A DNA stretch of 64,000 bases from the NCBI RefSeq assembly GCF_009914755.1, contig NC_060941.1, one strand, 5' to 3'. Positions 31,546-45,552 of the stretch are shown piece after piece. This DNA comes from the human T2T-CHM13v2.0 reference genome, Homo sapiens. The position numbers were made by a program, and so were the translations under genes. How positions within the stretch are numbered: position 1 is the stretch's first letter; each line of letters starts with the position of its first letter. The notes beneath the pieces were generated by a model. The model was not told the DNA's origin, made no database searches, and was given only the letters and a program-made list of their open reading frames with translations.

Positions 31546-34500
31546 CAAGTCTCTGAGACTCAATTCCATGTCTTTAGAACAGGTCCAACCACACCCTTTC
31601 ATAGGGCTTTTGTGGGGATGGATCAGATGCCATGGTGGGAGTGGCAGCCCAGAGTACATACAGTCCATTGTAGCTCTCCTCTTCCCTTCCTCACCCGCAG
31701 TGCACACATCCACATCGACCTGATAAGAAAATGAAAGCTAACAAATCTTACTGATCTGACACTCTGTCAGAAAAAAAGCTTTCTTACTAACAGCATTCTG
31801 CTACAAACCCACAAACATAATCTATAGCATTTGTAGTGGTGGCTGAGAAACCCAGCAAAGGCCTTCCGATTATTTGAAAATTAATTGTCTATGCCAGGTA
31901 TGTTTGGGCATTCTCTATTAACCAGAAAATTTAACCAGAATAAATATCTCCAGACATATCATACCATAGATTTTTCTATGTAATGAGCCCAGTACTCTGA
32001 ATTGTATTTTCATTTTTTAAAAACACTTCATTAATGTGAGAGTTAAAAGTGATATCATATGTTTCTTGTGAGAGTAAAAACTGCTAACATCCTTTATGGA
32101 ACACAATTTGCTATGTTATACCAACTGCCTTAAGAAAATCTGTTTCTTTTTACTCCATAATTCTACGTCTAGGACTCTACCCTAAGTAAAAAGAAATGCA
32201 AACAAACCAGTCTGTACGATGATGTGTAGCAATGCACTCATAAAATGAAGCGTCATGTGTGGTAGGGAGAACAAATATCCAGTATTAATTTAGTATTAAA
32301 GTATGATATATCTATCTTTATATCAGTAACTACAAATAAAACACAATCACTAAACATGGTCTTTTTAAAAAAACATTGTGTGGAAAAAAACTTCTACAGT
32401 GTAAGTTTTATGTTTTATGTAAAAAGAAATGCAAAATGTGGGATTTTTTTTCACCTAACATTCAACTGTAGGTTTGTACATGATTAGATAGAGTGTGTCC
32501 ATGTGTCTTCATAACTCTCCAAATTTATCAGTGGACATTTGGGTTATGAGATTATGGTCTCTTTTAGTTTTTTTAAATATGTCTGTGTATTTTTTTTATA
32601 ATAACCATTTACTCAAGACCAGCCATGAATCAGGCAGTTTGTAAAGGGCTTTCACATTCAGTATCTCTTAATCCTTGCGGCAATCTTTCCTCATTATTTC
32701 TGTCTTGTAACTAGGCATCATTGTCACTATCATCTGCATCTCTATCAGCATTGGAGATAACCTTTATCAGACTCTTTATATGGAGGGCATTAATCTAAGT
32801 ACCTCACATGGATTAACTAATTTAATCTTCGTAAGGTACCTCTTGAGGTGATTTTTATTATTGGGTTCATTTTACTGATGAGGGAACTATAAACATAGAG
32901 GCACATATATACAGAGCCCAGCATTTGAACTGGGGTTCAGAGATGTTGCCTTTCCGAAAGTCACAACACTGGTACATGGCGGAACCAGGACTCTAGCCTG
33001 AATTGGTCATCTGGCATGTCTCCGATGCTACAGTAACTAGTGCCCTGCTATCAGGCAGACTAAGAGCCAGCCATCTGTGCCTGACTACCATCTCTGGCGG
33101 ATTCAGATAACTACACCAGGTCAGACAGGGCCTTGGACCACCGATGCCTGAGATCCCTAAGGTCCCTGACTCTCCTGGCATTTGATGACTTCATTATTCT
33201 AGACTTATTTGGACTAGGCATGTTTTTATTTCTAGTCATTTATTTCTAGTTGTCTTTTTACCAAAGATTTGCCAGAAACACAAACAGAATTCTAAGATTA
33301 GGATAAAAGGAACCAATCTCATGTTGGGGATGGGCAGTAGTGTGTGTATATTATGGGAGTGACAGAAAATGCACAAAAATGCTAGTCTCAGTTGACCTGA
33401 AAGTGAGGAGGTGTCTGGGGAACCCCACTCCAAATGCAAGTTCTGATCTGCATATAGATGCATTTGCTGATAAAGATCAGAGGTTCAGTTTCCATAAGCT
33501 GCACGTTCCATTCAGACACTATCTGTCACAGCCCATTTGAGGTGCCATCTCCAGAATGACCAGAATAGTTAGTTGTTCAGGACTGGGAGGAGTCACTTAT
33601 TAACTGGTAATTAACATATCAAATAGCAACTACTTTCTAAAATAGTATGTTTGATTAGTAGGAATAACTGGCAAAGAACTGAAATCCTAACGTGGTTATA
33701 GTTGTTGCAGACATGCCCTATCGCTTGGAAGGAACAATATAAAAACACTCCTATTTATAAACAGAGTATGACATTGTGATGTAACATATATCGGTATTCA
33801 GATATTTACTAGAGGACAATGTATTCTAACATGACAGGGTAATTGGAAATTTGGTAATATGTTCCAGTAGGCTATAAAACTTTTTTAAAAAATATTTTTA
33901 CAAAAGGCCTTAATGTGTTTTTACAGACTTATGTTATATGGTATGGTACATAGTAAGAGAAAAGGACCCAGACAGGCTTGTCTGAGTTACGATCAGGAAA
34001 ATCCCGATATCGCCAGTGAATGTAAGCTCGGCATTGTGTCACAGTTGAAGTGTCTCATTACCAGAACAGTGAGCTGTATTATGTGACACAATCTGCTCTT
34101 TTCCTACCATGCTAAGTTTATTCCTGTCAGGTTCCTGATTTCTTAATATATTTTCAATTTTCTCCCTCATCCCTAAAGTCTCCTATTTTATGTAGTCGTC
34201 AGAACCTTCCAAACATCTATGAGAAAAACTCATTCTTTCCAAAAACCTTGGCATTATGTCCAGTGCTCACTTGGGCTGCAATTTAGCATTAGCAATTTTC
34301 TAATGTATCATAAAGTAATCAGATGGAGCTCGCCTCTGATGTAATAGGGCTGAAAGAGACAGGCCTATTTCAGCTCTCCTCACATTGATGGCAGCAGTCA
34401 CACTCCTTAGAATGCATTGGCATGTTCAGGGACGCGTAGTAATTCAGCCACCTAGGAGTCTTACTCAAACACACAACCTTGCTTATCTTATCATGAGCAC

Positions 34501-34806
34501 TTCAGATGCATTCATCCAACTAAGAGAATAAACTCCTAATGGCCTTTGGGAATCTATGACAGCAACGTTTATTCTCACTGTGCCCCAATTCTGGGGGTGC
34601 TAAAAATGATCTAAAGGATACCGAGTGTTTATTTCCTCAAACATTTTTGAACTTTCCAGTAAAAATCCTTTCCTATCTTATCCTACCTGAACATCATCGT
34701 GCTTCTATTCACAATGCCTCACCAACATTTAACGAGTCTGCTCTGTGCCCCAGATGGTGCTTTGTTTTCTTAAACCTCAGACAAACTAAAAAGAGACTTA
34801 AAAACT

Positions 34807-35095
<289 letters not shown>

Positions 35096-35100
35096 TTATA

Positions 35101-35413
<313 letters not shown>

Positions 35414-35879
35414 TCACTTTACAAAGAAAAAATTTGAGGCAAAGAGAAATTAAGTCATGGTTCTTGACCACAAGGAACAAAGACTCTACAAAAGGTACCT
35501 GTGCCAATTCCCTGTCTCCAGCATTGACCACAATTAAGCCACACCACACAAACTCCAACCAAGCTTCTGACCTTCCTTCCCAAGAGAAAAGAGAAAAATA
35601 AAAAGCATGTCCATGGTATATGAAATGAGCAATATATTGAGGGTCAGGAGATATTATTGCCCTGGCTGTGCCACTAACAAGCTGAGTCATATACAACTGG
35701 ATTGGTTATATCAGCCCTGGTATCCTGAAAAGTAAAATAAAGACAGGTCCATGGGGGAGGGTGGAAAGGAAGAAGGATCAGAAAATCTCTGAGGCCCCTT
35801 TCTTCATTGGTAATCAGCTGATAGGGTAAGAAATGGTGTTTCCGTCATGAATTCCCTTCCTTTTAAGTTATATTTACAG

Positions 35880-36110
35880 AATGCCTATCATGTAATAGGC
35901 ATTGTGCCAGACACCTAAGATATCTCTCATTTAATGCTCGCAAATATCCTGCAAAGTAGATACTATCCTCATTTTTCATGTTAGGGAGTAGAGGCCCTGT
36001 TGGTATAAGTAACTTGCCTGCAGACACTGAGCTAGGAATTGTAGGAGTCAGGATTCACACCTGTGTTTACCTGACTTCAGAACCTATGGTCCTCCTAACT
36101 GTGCTATATG
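35880..36110 (-). mobile_element. MIR SINE
   Basis: 'aggcattgtgcc...tctcatttaatgctc...aagtaacttgcc...gtcaggattcacacc'. Confidence 0.75.
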
Positions 36111-37240
36111 CCTGGGCCTTGGATGAACCACTATGGAATGCTTTTACATAACTTTAACTGTCATGACATCTAATTAAGTTTCTGAATGAAAGAGACCCCG
36201 TATTTTAAAATAAATCTGTGGGGGAAGGAGTTTGAAACTTGTTCAACTAGAATTTAAGCCCAAGATACACTCATGAACTAACTGGCTTTTCTGGGGAAGA
36301 ATGACTAGCAATTTTAGAGAAAGCATCTCAACTAAGAAAGACATTAAGTTGTTGCTTTCTGTTTTTTCCTCCAGAAAGGAAAACTGGAGGAAAGAAAATA
36401 GAAGGAAGAAGGGATGGACTCTGAAATGACTGACCTGCTGAAAAAAAAAACAAAAAAACAAGAGTTGGAGACAGCAGAATTACAATCTTGACATTAGTCC
36501 CATATGGGTTATTACTCTTGATATCATTATAGCTAAACGGAATGAAAATAGAAGGGGGAGAAAAATCTCAGTGGGTATTGCAATTTAAATTTGCCTTGTA
36601 AGCTAATACTGTATATTTAGAGACTGAGCAGACAGGGTGGTTGGTGGCTCAGAGTATGTGCAGGGGCTGCTGTGCCAGCTCACCAAAGCAGACATTCATT
36701 AGAGCAAAATGTAGATTTCCATTTCTTGGCATCTGACATGGGCTCTTTCCTTGGAAAGAAATGTCAATTTGGCCAAAAGTGTGAAACCTACAATAAAAGC
36801 ACTGGGACTGTGGATTTCATCTAGTCTGCACATTCCCACCCCTTTCTTTCCTACTGTGAAAATCCAGTTGAGACTCGGGGTGCTCAGTGGAGAGATGGCA
36901 GAGGAACTGGTTAGGATGTAGAAGGCTAAAAGGGGAGAAGGGGTTGGAAGAGGTTAGATTGGACTCCCAAATTCCTGTTTTCTTTTGGCTTTCAATTACC
37001 ATTTTCTCTTGCCCTAAGACTGCCCGACACAAGAAACCAACCACAATTACTGTTTTGCACAGAGCTCTGAACAATGGCAGCTTCCAAATCCTTGGCATCG
37101 CTTGCTTGCTCTGCATGTGCGGGGTGCTCATCCGCAGAGACTGTGGGTAGTATGAGCAAAACTCCGGCTCCTGACGCAGGGCAAGGAAGAGGCCTCCCCT
37201 GTTTTAAAATTTCACTATGTTTATTTCTTTTGTTCAATAG

Positions 37241-37348
37241 ACTGGAAAGACTATGACGACAGAGAGCCCAGACACAAGGGACAGAGTGAAGTTTTGGAAG
37301 GTCTGCTGCAGCAGGTCCGAGCCCTTCATCAGCATTACAGTTGCCGGG
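37241..37348 (+). CDS. ANKFN1: ANKFN1 exon C (108 nt, phase 1 to 1): (N)WKDYDDREPRHKGQSEVLEGLLQQVRALHQHYSCR
   Basis: Acceptor ttcttttgttcaatag|AC, donor G|gtaagg. Open frame with CpGs retained; matches the recalled ANKFN1 sequence. Confidence 0.96.
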
Positions 37349-38315
37349 GTAAGGATAAAAATCTGTGCTGGGCCATCAACTGAGGTCTCGGTGGCGCCGG
37401 TAATTTTAGCAGTTTCCTAACTGGGTCATACCTTCTCATTCATCAGGGAGAGAGATATTAATATTTGTACATCTGGAATCACTTTACAGCACTATCTTGC
37501 TTTAACCCTTCAGAAGAGACTTCCCTCTCCTTCGCTCACTTCCTTTCCCTCTCCCTCTCTCCATATGAACGGTTTGAAAACAAGCACAAGAAAAACAGCA
37601 GCTGCCATGAGTTCCCTTCTCTCGGAATTGTCCCTTCACAAGAGTCCTCAACGGGGCTAGCTCTTTGGGATATTCACCCAAAAACATTTTGCCTCCAAGG
37701 AAAATCCCCTGAGTATCCCTGCAGGAGCCCAGCCAATTATAATAACAACAGTAATAATAAACCTCCATATTTATTAATAATATAGTTTACAATGCAGTTT
37801 CACACCCAGTATCTCATTTTCATCCTCATTTTGGTAATTACCACTGAGGCTAAGTGGTGTTCCCCAAGGTCACAATGCCAGGAAAAGACAGAATCAGGAC
37901 TCCAAGCTGGATTCTTCTGGTTCTAAGTCTAGTCCTCCTGACACGCTTCATTTTTGTCCCATTCCCTTACATCAGGACTGGGCACTGAACTGTAACCTCA
38001 TCCTGAATTTTAATCTTCCTCTGTACCACTGCTCACAGGAAAGTAGAGCACATATTCCCTAGACTTTCACCAGCTACACCCAGAGAATCTCTGAGAAGGC
38101 TTTAAAAGCTTCTTTTCTACTTGGGCTGTTCAATTGGGACAGGGTCAGATTTCTGATCTGTGTAACGATTCGTGGAAGAGGTACTTAGTTTTATTTGGAG
38201 AATTAAAGCCTACATGAAGTTTTCATTTTCCATGCCCCCATCAGATCTCTAACTCCATTGTGCGCTGTAGATTTAGGACACTGCTGGAACAGCTGGGTAA
38301 GAAATCCACTATTGT

Positions 38316-38442
38316 GGAGGATCTCTTGAGCCCAGGAGTTTGAGGCTGCAGTGAGTTACGATCATGCCACTGTGCTCCAACCTGGGCAACAGGGCAAGAC
38401 TCTGTCTCTAAAAATAGCAAATTTTTTAAAAGAAAAAAAAAA
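38316..38442 (+). mobile_element. 5'-truncated AluJ fragment
   Basis: 'ggaggatctcttgagcccaggagtttgaggctgcagtgag'. Imperfect TSD AAATCCACTATTG/AAATCCACAGTTG. Confidence 0.88.
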
Positions 38443-39226
38443 TCCACAGTTGAAACTAAGAGATACTCACTGAGTTTGAGCTTGCTATAGATAAGTCATA
38501 CTGAGCATTAGCAAAAGGTTGTTCCCAATTACTACATAGCTATCACAGTAGGACCCTTCAGCAATGTTGGCTCTAGCTAGAAATGAGGACAAGTGTTTGG
38601 AAGAAAATAATATTCTTCTAATGACCAGTTCATTAGGATATGTAAATATGCATGCAGTAGCTCTGAAACCCAAGTGGGATTTCCATTCCCAGATCTCTAA
38701 GAAGTCTTTACCCAGACCAGGACCTTCAGCATATTCCACACTGACCAAAGTCTAGTCAGTTCTCGGTTATTGAGGGCTCATTTAACCAGGCCAGTTGTTA
38801 CCAAAGCTCCTTTCTCATCTTCTGCCTTTCCATCACATCCCTGCCCATTGGTTCCTGTGTGACAGCAAAGGTAACAAAGCAAGTGGACAGATGATTCTTG
38901 GAAATTCATAAGCCACTGTGTGTTTGGTCTTGATCAGAGGGGGAAAAGCTGAAACTACTCATGAGAATGAGAGATTTTTTTAATATTATCTGAGGATTCA
39001 TGCTCTCCCCATTACCACTGGATTCCTATCTAATAATCAAAAAATGATTGCCTAGATGGTCCAATTGTTTCTATAGTTTCCATCCAACTTCTGTCATGTA
39101 TATGCTTTTCCCCCAGAGGAATGTAAATATACACACAATATCAGGAAAGATTTAAGTAAGGCATAAGGTAGAACTTTCCAAAAAAGAAGAATATATTTTA
39201 TATGAAATATACTCTGGACACTTAAA

Positions 39227-39482
39227 CAGTGCTCAAAGTATGTTCCAAAGATCAGTGATCCAATAATATGCTCAGCTGAAAAAGGTTCTCTTGTCATGTA
39301 AGTTTTGGAAATGTTGAATTCTACATCTTCTCTTAGAAATTTAAAATATACTTTAGAATATTAAAGACTCTAATAAACAGACATGTCACATTTGCTTAAA
39401 CAAGCATTTTCCAAACTTCTTTAGCCATGTACAACTTTTTCACAGTATTAGTATTCCAAAGCACAAATTTTGGGAAATGCTA
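39227..39482. mobile_element. hAT-Charlie non-autonomous element (MER112/MER3-like)
   Basis: Ends 'cagtgctcaaagt' and 'tttgggaaatgct', typical Charlie termini. Subfamily tentative. Confidence 0.55.
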
Positions 39483-40551
39483 ACTCATAATATGCCAAAA
39501 TAAATTACCTCATACACACACAAAAAGAATGAATCTAAGATGATTTAACATAACCCTTAATGCAGAAGGATAAATGAAGAATAAGTATTGCTTACAGAGA
39601 ATTACAAATTTTTTTTATTATTATTACAAAATTTTTATTTAAAATATTCAAATACATTGAAATACTATGTGGTTTATTGGGGACATAAACTTTTACCAAC
39701 TTTACAATTAGAAAAAGTAATATTTCAGATTCCAATTCTACCACTTACAAGCTGTGTATTATTGGGAAGAGGATTTCGCCTCTCTGATCCACAGTTTCTT
39801 GATCAGCAAAGTCAGGATAATATTACCTATCTTGCAGGATTGCTATGAAGAGTAAATTAGGTGCATTAAATTCACCTGACACAGTGTCTTTCCCTGGCAA
39901 ACTGTAACTTATTTTTCTCCCATTGAGAAAGGGGCCACTCTCCATCCTCAGCACTTTATGCATATTCCATAGAATTGAAGTGTAATTGGTGACTGTACTG
40001 TAATGACCGTGTAATGACTCACTAACTATACAACATATTCCAAATATGGGAGTAATAATAAAAATCACTTCTCCTACTAAAATCCTAAATAGGAGGTACC
40101 AACATCTACATTAATTTCTGCATTTTGGCTAAAGAACTGGCCAAAGCTGATCTGCATGCTTAGTATTGGGATGAAAATTCAAGGGAGATGTTAAGCAAGC
40201 TTCATTGTTCACAAGGTGGGTACACTGATGTACATAATGAATTACAATATTAAAACAACAATCGTGTTCATCATAGCAATATCCTATAGGGATGAATTTA
40301 TATTATTATCCAATTATTCAACTTGCAATACAATAGTAACTGAAACCCTGCCTACTATGTAATTTGTAGGTCACATAGTAGGGGCTAGACATGCCAACAT
40401 GAATGAAGTAAACTCCTATGCTCCTTACAAGTTAGGGAACTACTGCATTCAGAGTACAGAAAATGAACTGTTGCTTCAGAACTCCAAACCAAGTAGGGAA
40501 GTACAGTATAGAAGCCACAAGGTTCTTAGGAGAAAAGTTAGTTTAGACTGA

Positions 40552-40860
40552 TGTGTCAGTCAAGGTGAACCCTACTATGTTACAGTAACCAAATGATTCC
40601 CCAAACCTTTATCTCTCCCTCATGCTATGCGTTTACCACTGATCAGCTGGGAGTTCTCCTTCTGTGTTATTAACATCCTCTCTCTGGAAATATTTGCTAG
40701 CAACCATAGGAGAGGGAAAAATAACTCTTGAAGGTCTCATATGGGCAAGACTTTCTGCATGTTATTACACCCAAAACTCATTGGCCAGAGGTGGTCACAT
40801 GGCCCCATCCAACCACAAGGGCTCCAAAGTACAGTTTTACCATGTGACCAGACCTAGAAT
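40552..40860. mobile_element. Old MaLR LTR (MLT1-type) fragment
   Basis: 'cattggccagaggtggtcacatggccccatccaaccacaaggg', a characteristic MLT1 motif. Confidence 0.65.
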
Positions 40861-40989
40861 ATTTAATGCTTGCATGTGCCCTTTTCCCAACTGGTAGCAG
40901 TACTTCTTAATTTTCTCTTTTTATTTTTAGTCTGACTTTTTTAGTTTAATCTTCATTTTTATGTGAGCTATATATAACTATAATGTGTC

Positions 40990-41180
40990 TCTGAAGCCAG
41001 ACTGCCTGAGTTCAAATCTGGGCTGTACTTTTACTTCTGCTGGCTGTGTGACCTTGAGCAAACTGCCTAAATGGCTCTGTGCTTCATTTCTCTCGTCTCT
41101 AAAATGCAGATAATAATTATATATACCTCATTCATTCATTGTTTAAGGATTGAATAACTTCAGTAAAGCAGTTAAAACAG
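40990..41180 (+). mobile_element. MIR SINE
   Basis: 'gaagccagactgcctgagttcaaatc...gctgtgtgaccttgagcaa'. Confidence 0.85.
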
Positions 41181-41189
41181 TTTTATTAT

Positions 41190-43495
41190 TTTCTTAAAAG
41201 CAATTTCTTCCTTCTTCCATTTTTTTCCTCCCCAAAGATAACCTCTTAACCTTTAGCTAATTATTTTAGTATTTTCCCCATATCTCTAAGTAACGTGCTC
41301 ATATTTCTAATAATGTTTTTCGATTTTAGTCATTACCTCACTAAAGAAAGTAATGATGTATCTCTTTTTACCCCACCCCTCCCTTATTTGCGTGCATAGT
41401 TCCTATCTTCTCAATCTCTTAATATATGTATATTGAATTTTAGTAAGATCAGTATTTACTGTTTACATTATAATGATAAATTATATGATTATTTTCCTTT
41501 CCTGGATAACTTTTTGTTTTCCCTGTAGTTAATAATCATTTATTGTGCATTTGCTTGTTTTTCTATATGGCTATAATAATTAATCCCCAAACTATTCTTG
41601 AATTAAATCAGTCTTCTCTCAATATAATCAGATGCTTTAGATGTTTCTATTGCATCTTCTTAAGGAAACATTCATGGAGTCCTCTGTCCTGCTCCAGTCT
41701 AGACTGGTCACTTGTTGCCCAGTGTACAACTGTCACCCTTGGATTGCCTTTTACTACCATATTGAGGACTCTTCTTATCGCTCTCCAATATTGGGTTCCT
41801 TCTTTCTGTATTGCATGGTGGAGCTTTCCCCCTCACAGCATCCTGAAAGGGGGCTTGGGAACTAATTTTCAGAGAAATTGTATATCTAAAGGTGTATTTA
41901 TTCTACTTAACATTTATTCAAGGTTTTGGATGAGTATAGAATTCTTGGTTGAAATCCTTTTTTTTTTTCATATTTTGAAGGTATTGTTTCATTGTTTTCC
42001 AGCTTTCAGGACTAAGTCTGATGTCATTCTAATTCCAGAGGTTCTATATGAAACCTTTTTTTCCCCTCTCTGGAAGGTTTTAAGTTTTCTTTTGACTCCA
42101 ATGTTCTAAAATTTCACAGTGATGTACTAAGGCATCTGTTGTCTGTTATATTGGGCACCTGGAAAGTCCTTTCAACATGAGAAGTTATACCCTTCAATTG
42201 TGAGACATTTTCTTAAATTACTTCTTTAAGTATTTCTTTGCCTTCTTTTCCTCTCCTCTATCTTACTAGAACTCTTGTTATTCAGATTTTGGTTCTCCCA
42301 CATTCGTCCTTCAATTTTATTTTCTTTTTTTCTTCTACTTTCCATCCTTACATCCTTTTGCCTTACTTTCTTGGAGATTTCATCAGCTTTAATTGCTAAG
42401 CCTTCTATTCGGTTTCTTAGCTTTTGACAACATGTTTTTAATTGCCAATGCTCTCTTTTGTCCTCTGGTTATTTTTATAGACTCTTACTCTCTTTATAAG
42501 GGATGCAAGTCTTCTCTTACTTCTCAGAATATTAATGATAGGCTTTGTTTCATTTTATATTTTCTTTCCTCAGAATAATCTTTCTTTTCTGTAAGTTGGT
42601 CTTTGGTTTACTAATTTTTGGCCTTTGTATTTCATGTTAGATGCTTTTCTCAACTGCCTGTTGATCCTTCAATGAATGCTCAGATTTCAGAGAAGGGAAA
42701 TCAATAGCCATTGGGAAGTTCTGAGCACATGCGTAGGGCTCTTTACTTACAGGATTCATTGTAGGGTGACCTGGCACCACCTTTCCATTGAGATATCCCC
42801 AATGTCAGAATCTTTGGGTACGTTCTCTTAGGCTGGTCAAATTTTCCACAGAAATTTCTTCCAGTGTCCTGCTTGGAAGGTATAAGTTTGGATACCAGTG
42901 TTCTGAGAACCCAATAGGGAAATATTATGTATAAAAGCTTATGCACAAATCTGCCCATTTGGGGTACACTGCCACCATCATCAGCACCCCATTTTCAACA
43001 CTACCTGATGTCTCCCACTCCGGAGATGTATGTTGTTGTTGTTTTGGGTGTTCGTTTGTCTGTTGATTTCCAGAGAACAAGCCACTAGCTTTCTTCTAGA
43101 GTAGGGAAGAGGTATCTGTCCAGTCATGTAGTAGAGGAGGAGATCTAGAAGTCTAACTACTTTTTGAACAGGCTTTCACAAATCCTCCTTGTTTTTAGCT
43201 CACACTCACCCCTCACTTCCAGCAGTCCATGGAGACCATGGAGTGAATCAGATCACTTCTGAACTTTCTCCACTGCTGTCTTTGACTTCATCCATCTCAA
43301 GTCTTAAATCTTTCTATCCATCTGCTTTCCAGCTACTGAGATTTGCTTACTTTTGTCTCCTTTCCCATCTCTTTGTCTTTAAAAATTTATGTTGTTTCCT
43401 TCTTTTCTTAATTTCTACTCTGCTTTTAGTGAGGTTTGGGGAAAGGGTAGTATGTAATGAATATGTTCACTCTTCCATATTTAACTGGAAGTCCC
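41190..43495 (-). mobile_element. Ancient L1ME/HAL1-type element (ORF1 and 5' region), highly decayed
   Basis: 2.3-kb T-rich block with 'gagtatagaattcttggttgaaa', 'aagtctgatgtcattctaatt' and 'ttctaaaatttcacagtgatgt', ending 'ccatatttaactggaagtc'. Confidence 0.65.
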
Positions 43496-44553
43496 AGCAG
43501 CATTATTTCCAAGCAGCCAAACTCATGTTCAAGTCAGAAAAAAGAATGATTTTGCTTTGTTCTGCAAGGAATAACCATTACCAAAGTAAGCTTGAAACTG
43601 GCATGAATGCTTGTGTCAGTCAGCTGTTCCTATATAATCATAGCCAAAGACACACTGGCCCTCAGTCATGGGCCACCTGTCCAGGTTTCTATGCCTAACA
43701 GCAGTCATATGGACCATATTCTCATCTCCAGTGACATGTCTGTCAGCAGTCTGGTGGTGATACCAACAACCTCATTTTCCCTTCATTGCATAGAATATGA
43801 GAGTTAAAATCAGTGATTATGTAGCCCAGCTCCATGCAATATTATTTGCAAAGGCTGTTATAGGAAGTATAGGAAGCCTACTACCTTTATTAGGGCAAGC
43901 TCCATGTTATAAGCAGAAGACCTGAACAGAAGCAATGAATTATTTGCTTACCATTGTACCTGCAGAGCCTGATGCATAGTAGTGCCCCCAATAAATATTT
44001 GTCCAATTAATGAATGTCTGTTTTCCCAGGCACTGACTTTTTGAGCAATTCTTTTCACTTCTCAGCCTCAGTTTCTTCTTCTGAATAATGAGGATGATAA
44101 TCATACCCATCCCTACACCCATTTTTGTAAACCAACATACACAATGAAGAAAAAAACTGTTCCAGAATGCTGGCAGTGGTTATACAGAAGTGACGAGATG
44201 ATATGGGTGGGGTTTTGCTCTTTTTTTTCTATTCTCCAGACTTTCTGTAATGTGCTTACATTAATTTTATAATGAAAAAAATTAACACAATACGTAGACT
44301 TACAGGGAATGCTTTACCAACATTGAGAATTGTATGAATGTTAGAAGGCAATTGCGGGAGTTGGGAGAAGGGCAAAGGAGTTGATTCCATGTCTTTTTAT
44401 CCTACCTTAAAATAAATCAAAAATTTCAAAGCAGAGAGTATCAACAGAACACCTACGTGGTCTCCTCTGCAGTTATAAAGACTACTTATCTCCAGCATTT
44501 TTGAGGAGTTGTTCATTGAGTTAACCACTGGCATCTCAAGATACCAGAGCTTC

Positions 44554-44584
<31 letters not shown>

Positions 44585-44857
44585 GATACGGATTCTCGCT
44601 CTGTCGCCCAGGCTGGAGAGCACGATCTCGGCTCACTACAACCTCTGCCTCCCGGGTTCAAGCGATTATCCTGCCTCAGCCTCCTGAGTAGCTGTGACTA
44701 CAGACGTGCGCCACCACACCCTGCTAATTTTTGTATTTTTAGTAGAGACAGGGTTTCACCATGTTGGTCAGGCTGGTCTTGAACTCCTGACCTCGTGATC
44801 CGCCCCCCTCGGCCTCCCAAAGTACTGGGATTACCAGCGAGAGCCACCGTGCCCGGC
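44554..44857 (-). mobile_element. AluSg/Sc-like, about 165 nt upstream of exon D
   Basis: Long poly(T) head and 'gacctcgtgatcc'. TSD approximately AGAGCTTCTT. Confidence 0.95.
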
Positions 44858-45023
44858 TACAAGAGCTTCTTATAGGCATGAATGAGCAGAATCCCTACAT
44901 GAACCTGAGGATAAGTGACACTAAAGGGATGGGGGAGGGGAAGGCAGGAAGGTAGGAAAATGGAATTGGGGGTGTTGATCTGCCCAGTGGAATTTATACT
45001 GTATTTTTTAAAATACATTCCAG

Positions 45024-45123
45024 AAAGCACAAAATTACAAACCACAGGCCGCAAGCAGTCAGTCTCAAGAAGCCTGAAACACCTGTTCCATTCCTCGAAC
45101 AAGTTTGTGAAGACCTTAAAACG
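45024..45123 (+). CDS. ANKFN1: ANKFN1 exon D (100 nt, phase 1 to 2): (E)STKLQTTGRKQSVSRSLKHLFHSSNKFVKTLK(R)
   Basis: Acceptor cattccag|AA, donor CG|gtgggt. Lies within ORF 44915..45157 and is in phase. Confidence 0.95.
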
Positions 45124-45419
45124 GTGGGTTCTATGTAGTTTTTTCAGGAAATCTTAACTTTTCAAGAATGCACTGGTTTTGGTTCTGAGTAGAAACTTGG
45201 TAGAAATTTTTTTGTGTTCAAAACAATAAAATTCACTTTTCTCCTGAGAATTTGTGTAAGACAGTAATTTTCTCTCTTTTGAGTTGTAACTAGTGAACTT
45301 ATGATACTTAGCAGGAATACGTTCCTAGGTATATTTTAAATTCATCTTTTATCACATCCAAAAAAATATTTTTCCAAGATGGTTGAGGACAATGCTTTTA
45401 TTTTCCTTTTTCTTTTTAG

Positions 45420-45552
45420 GGGACTCTACATAGCCATTATATTTTATTACAAAGACAATATCTTAGTCACCAATGAAGATCAAGTACCAATTGTTGAAAT
45501 AGATGACTCTCACACCAGTTCTATTACACAAGATTTTCTGTGGTTCACGAAG
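45420..45552 (+). CDS. ANKFN1: ANKFN1 exon E (133 nt, phase 2 to 0): GLYIAIIFYYKDNILVTNEDQVPIVEIDDSHTSSITQDFLWFTK
   Basis: Strong T-rich acceptor tctttttag|G, donor AAG|gtatac. Lies within ORF 45379..45561. Confidence 0.96.

Noticed and set aside
41543-43698. Longest ORFs in the track (188 aa and 169 aa, hydrophobic)
   Set aside because: F/L/I/S-rich translations of T-rich antisense L1ME/HAL1 sequence, with no splice or domain support.
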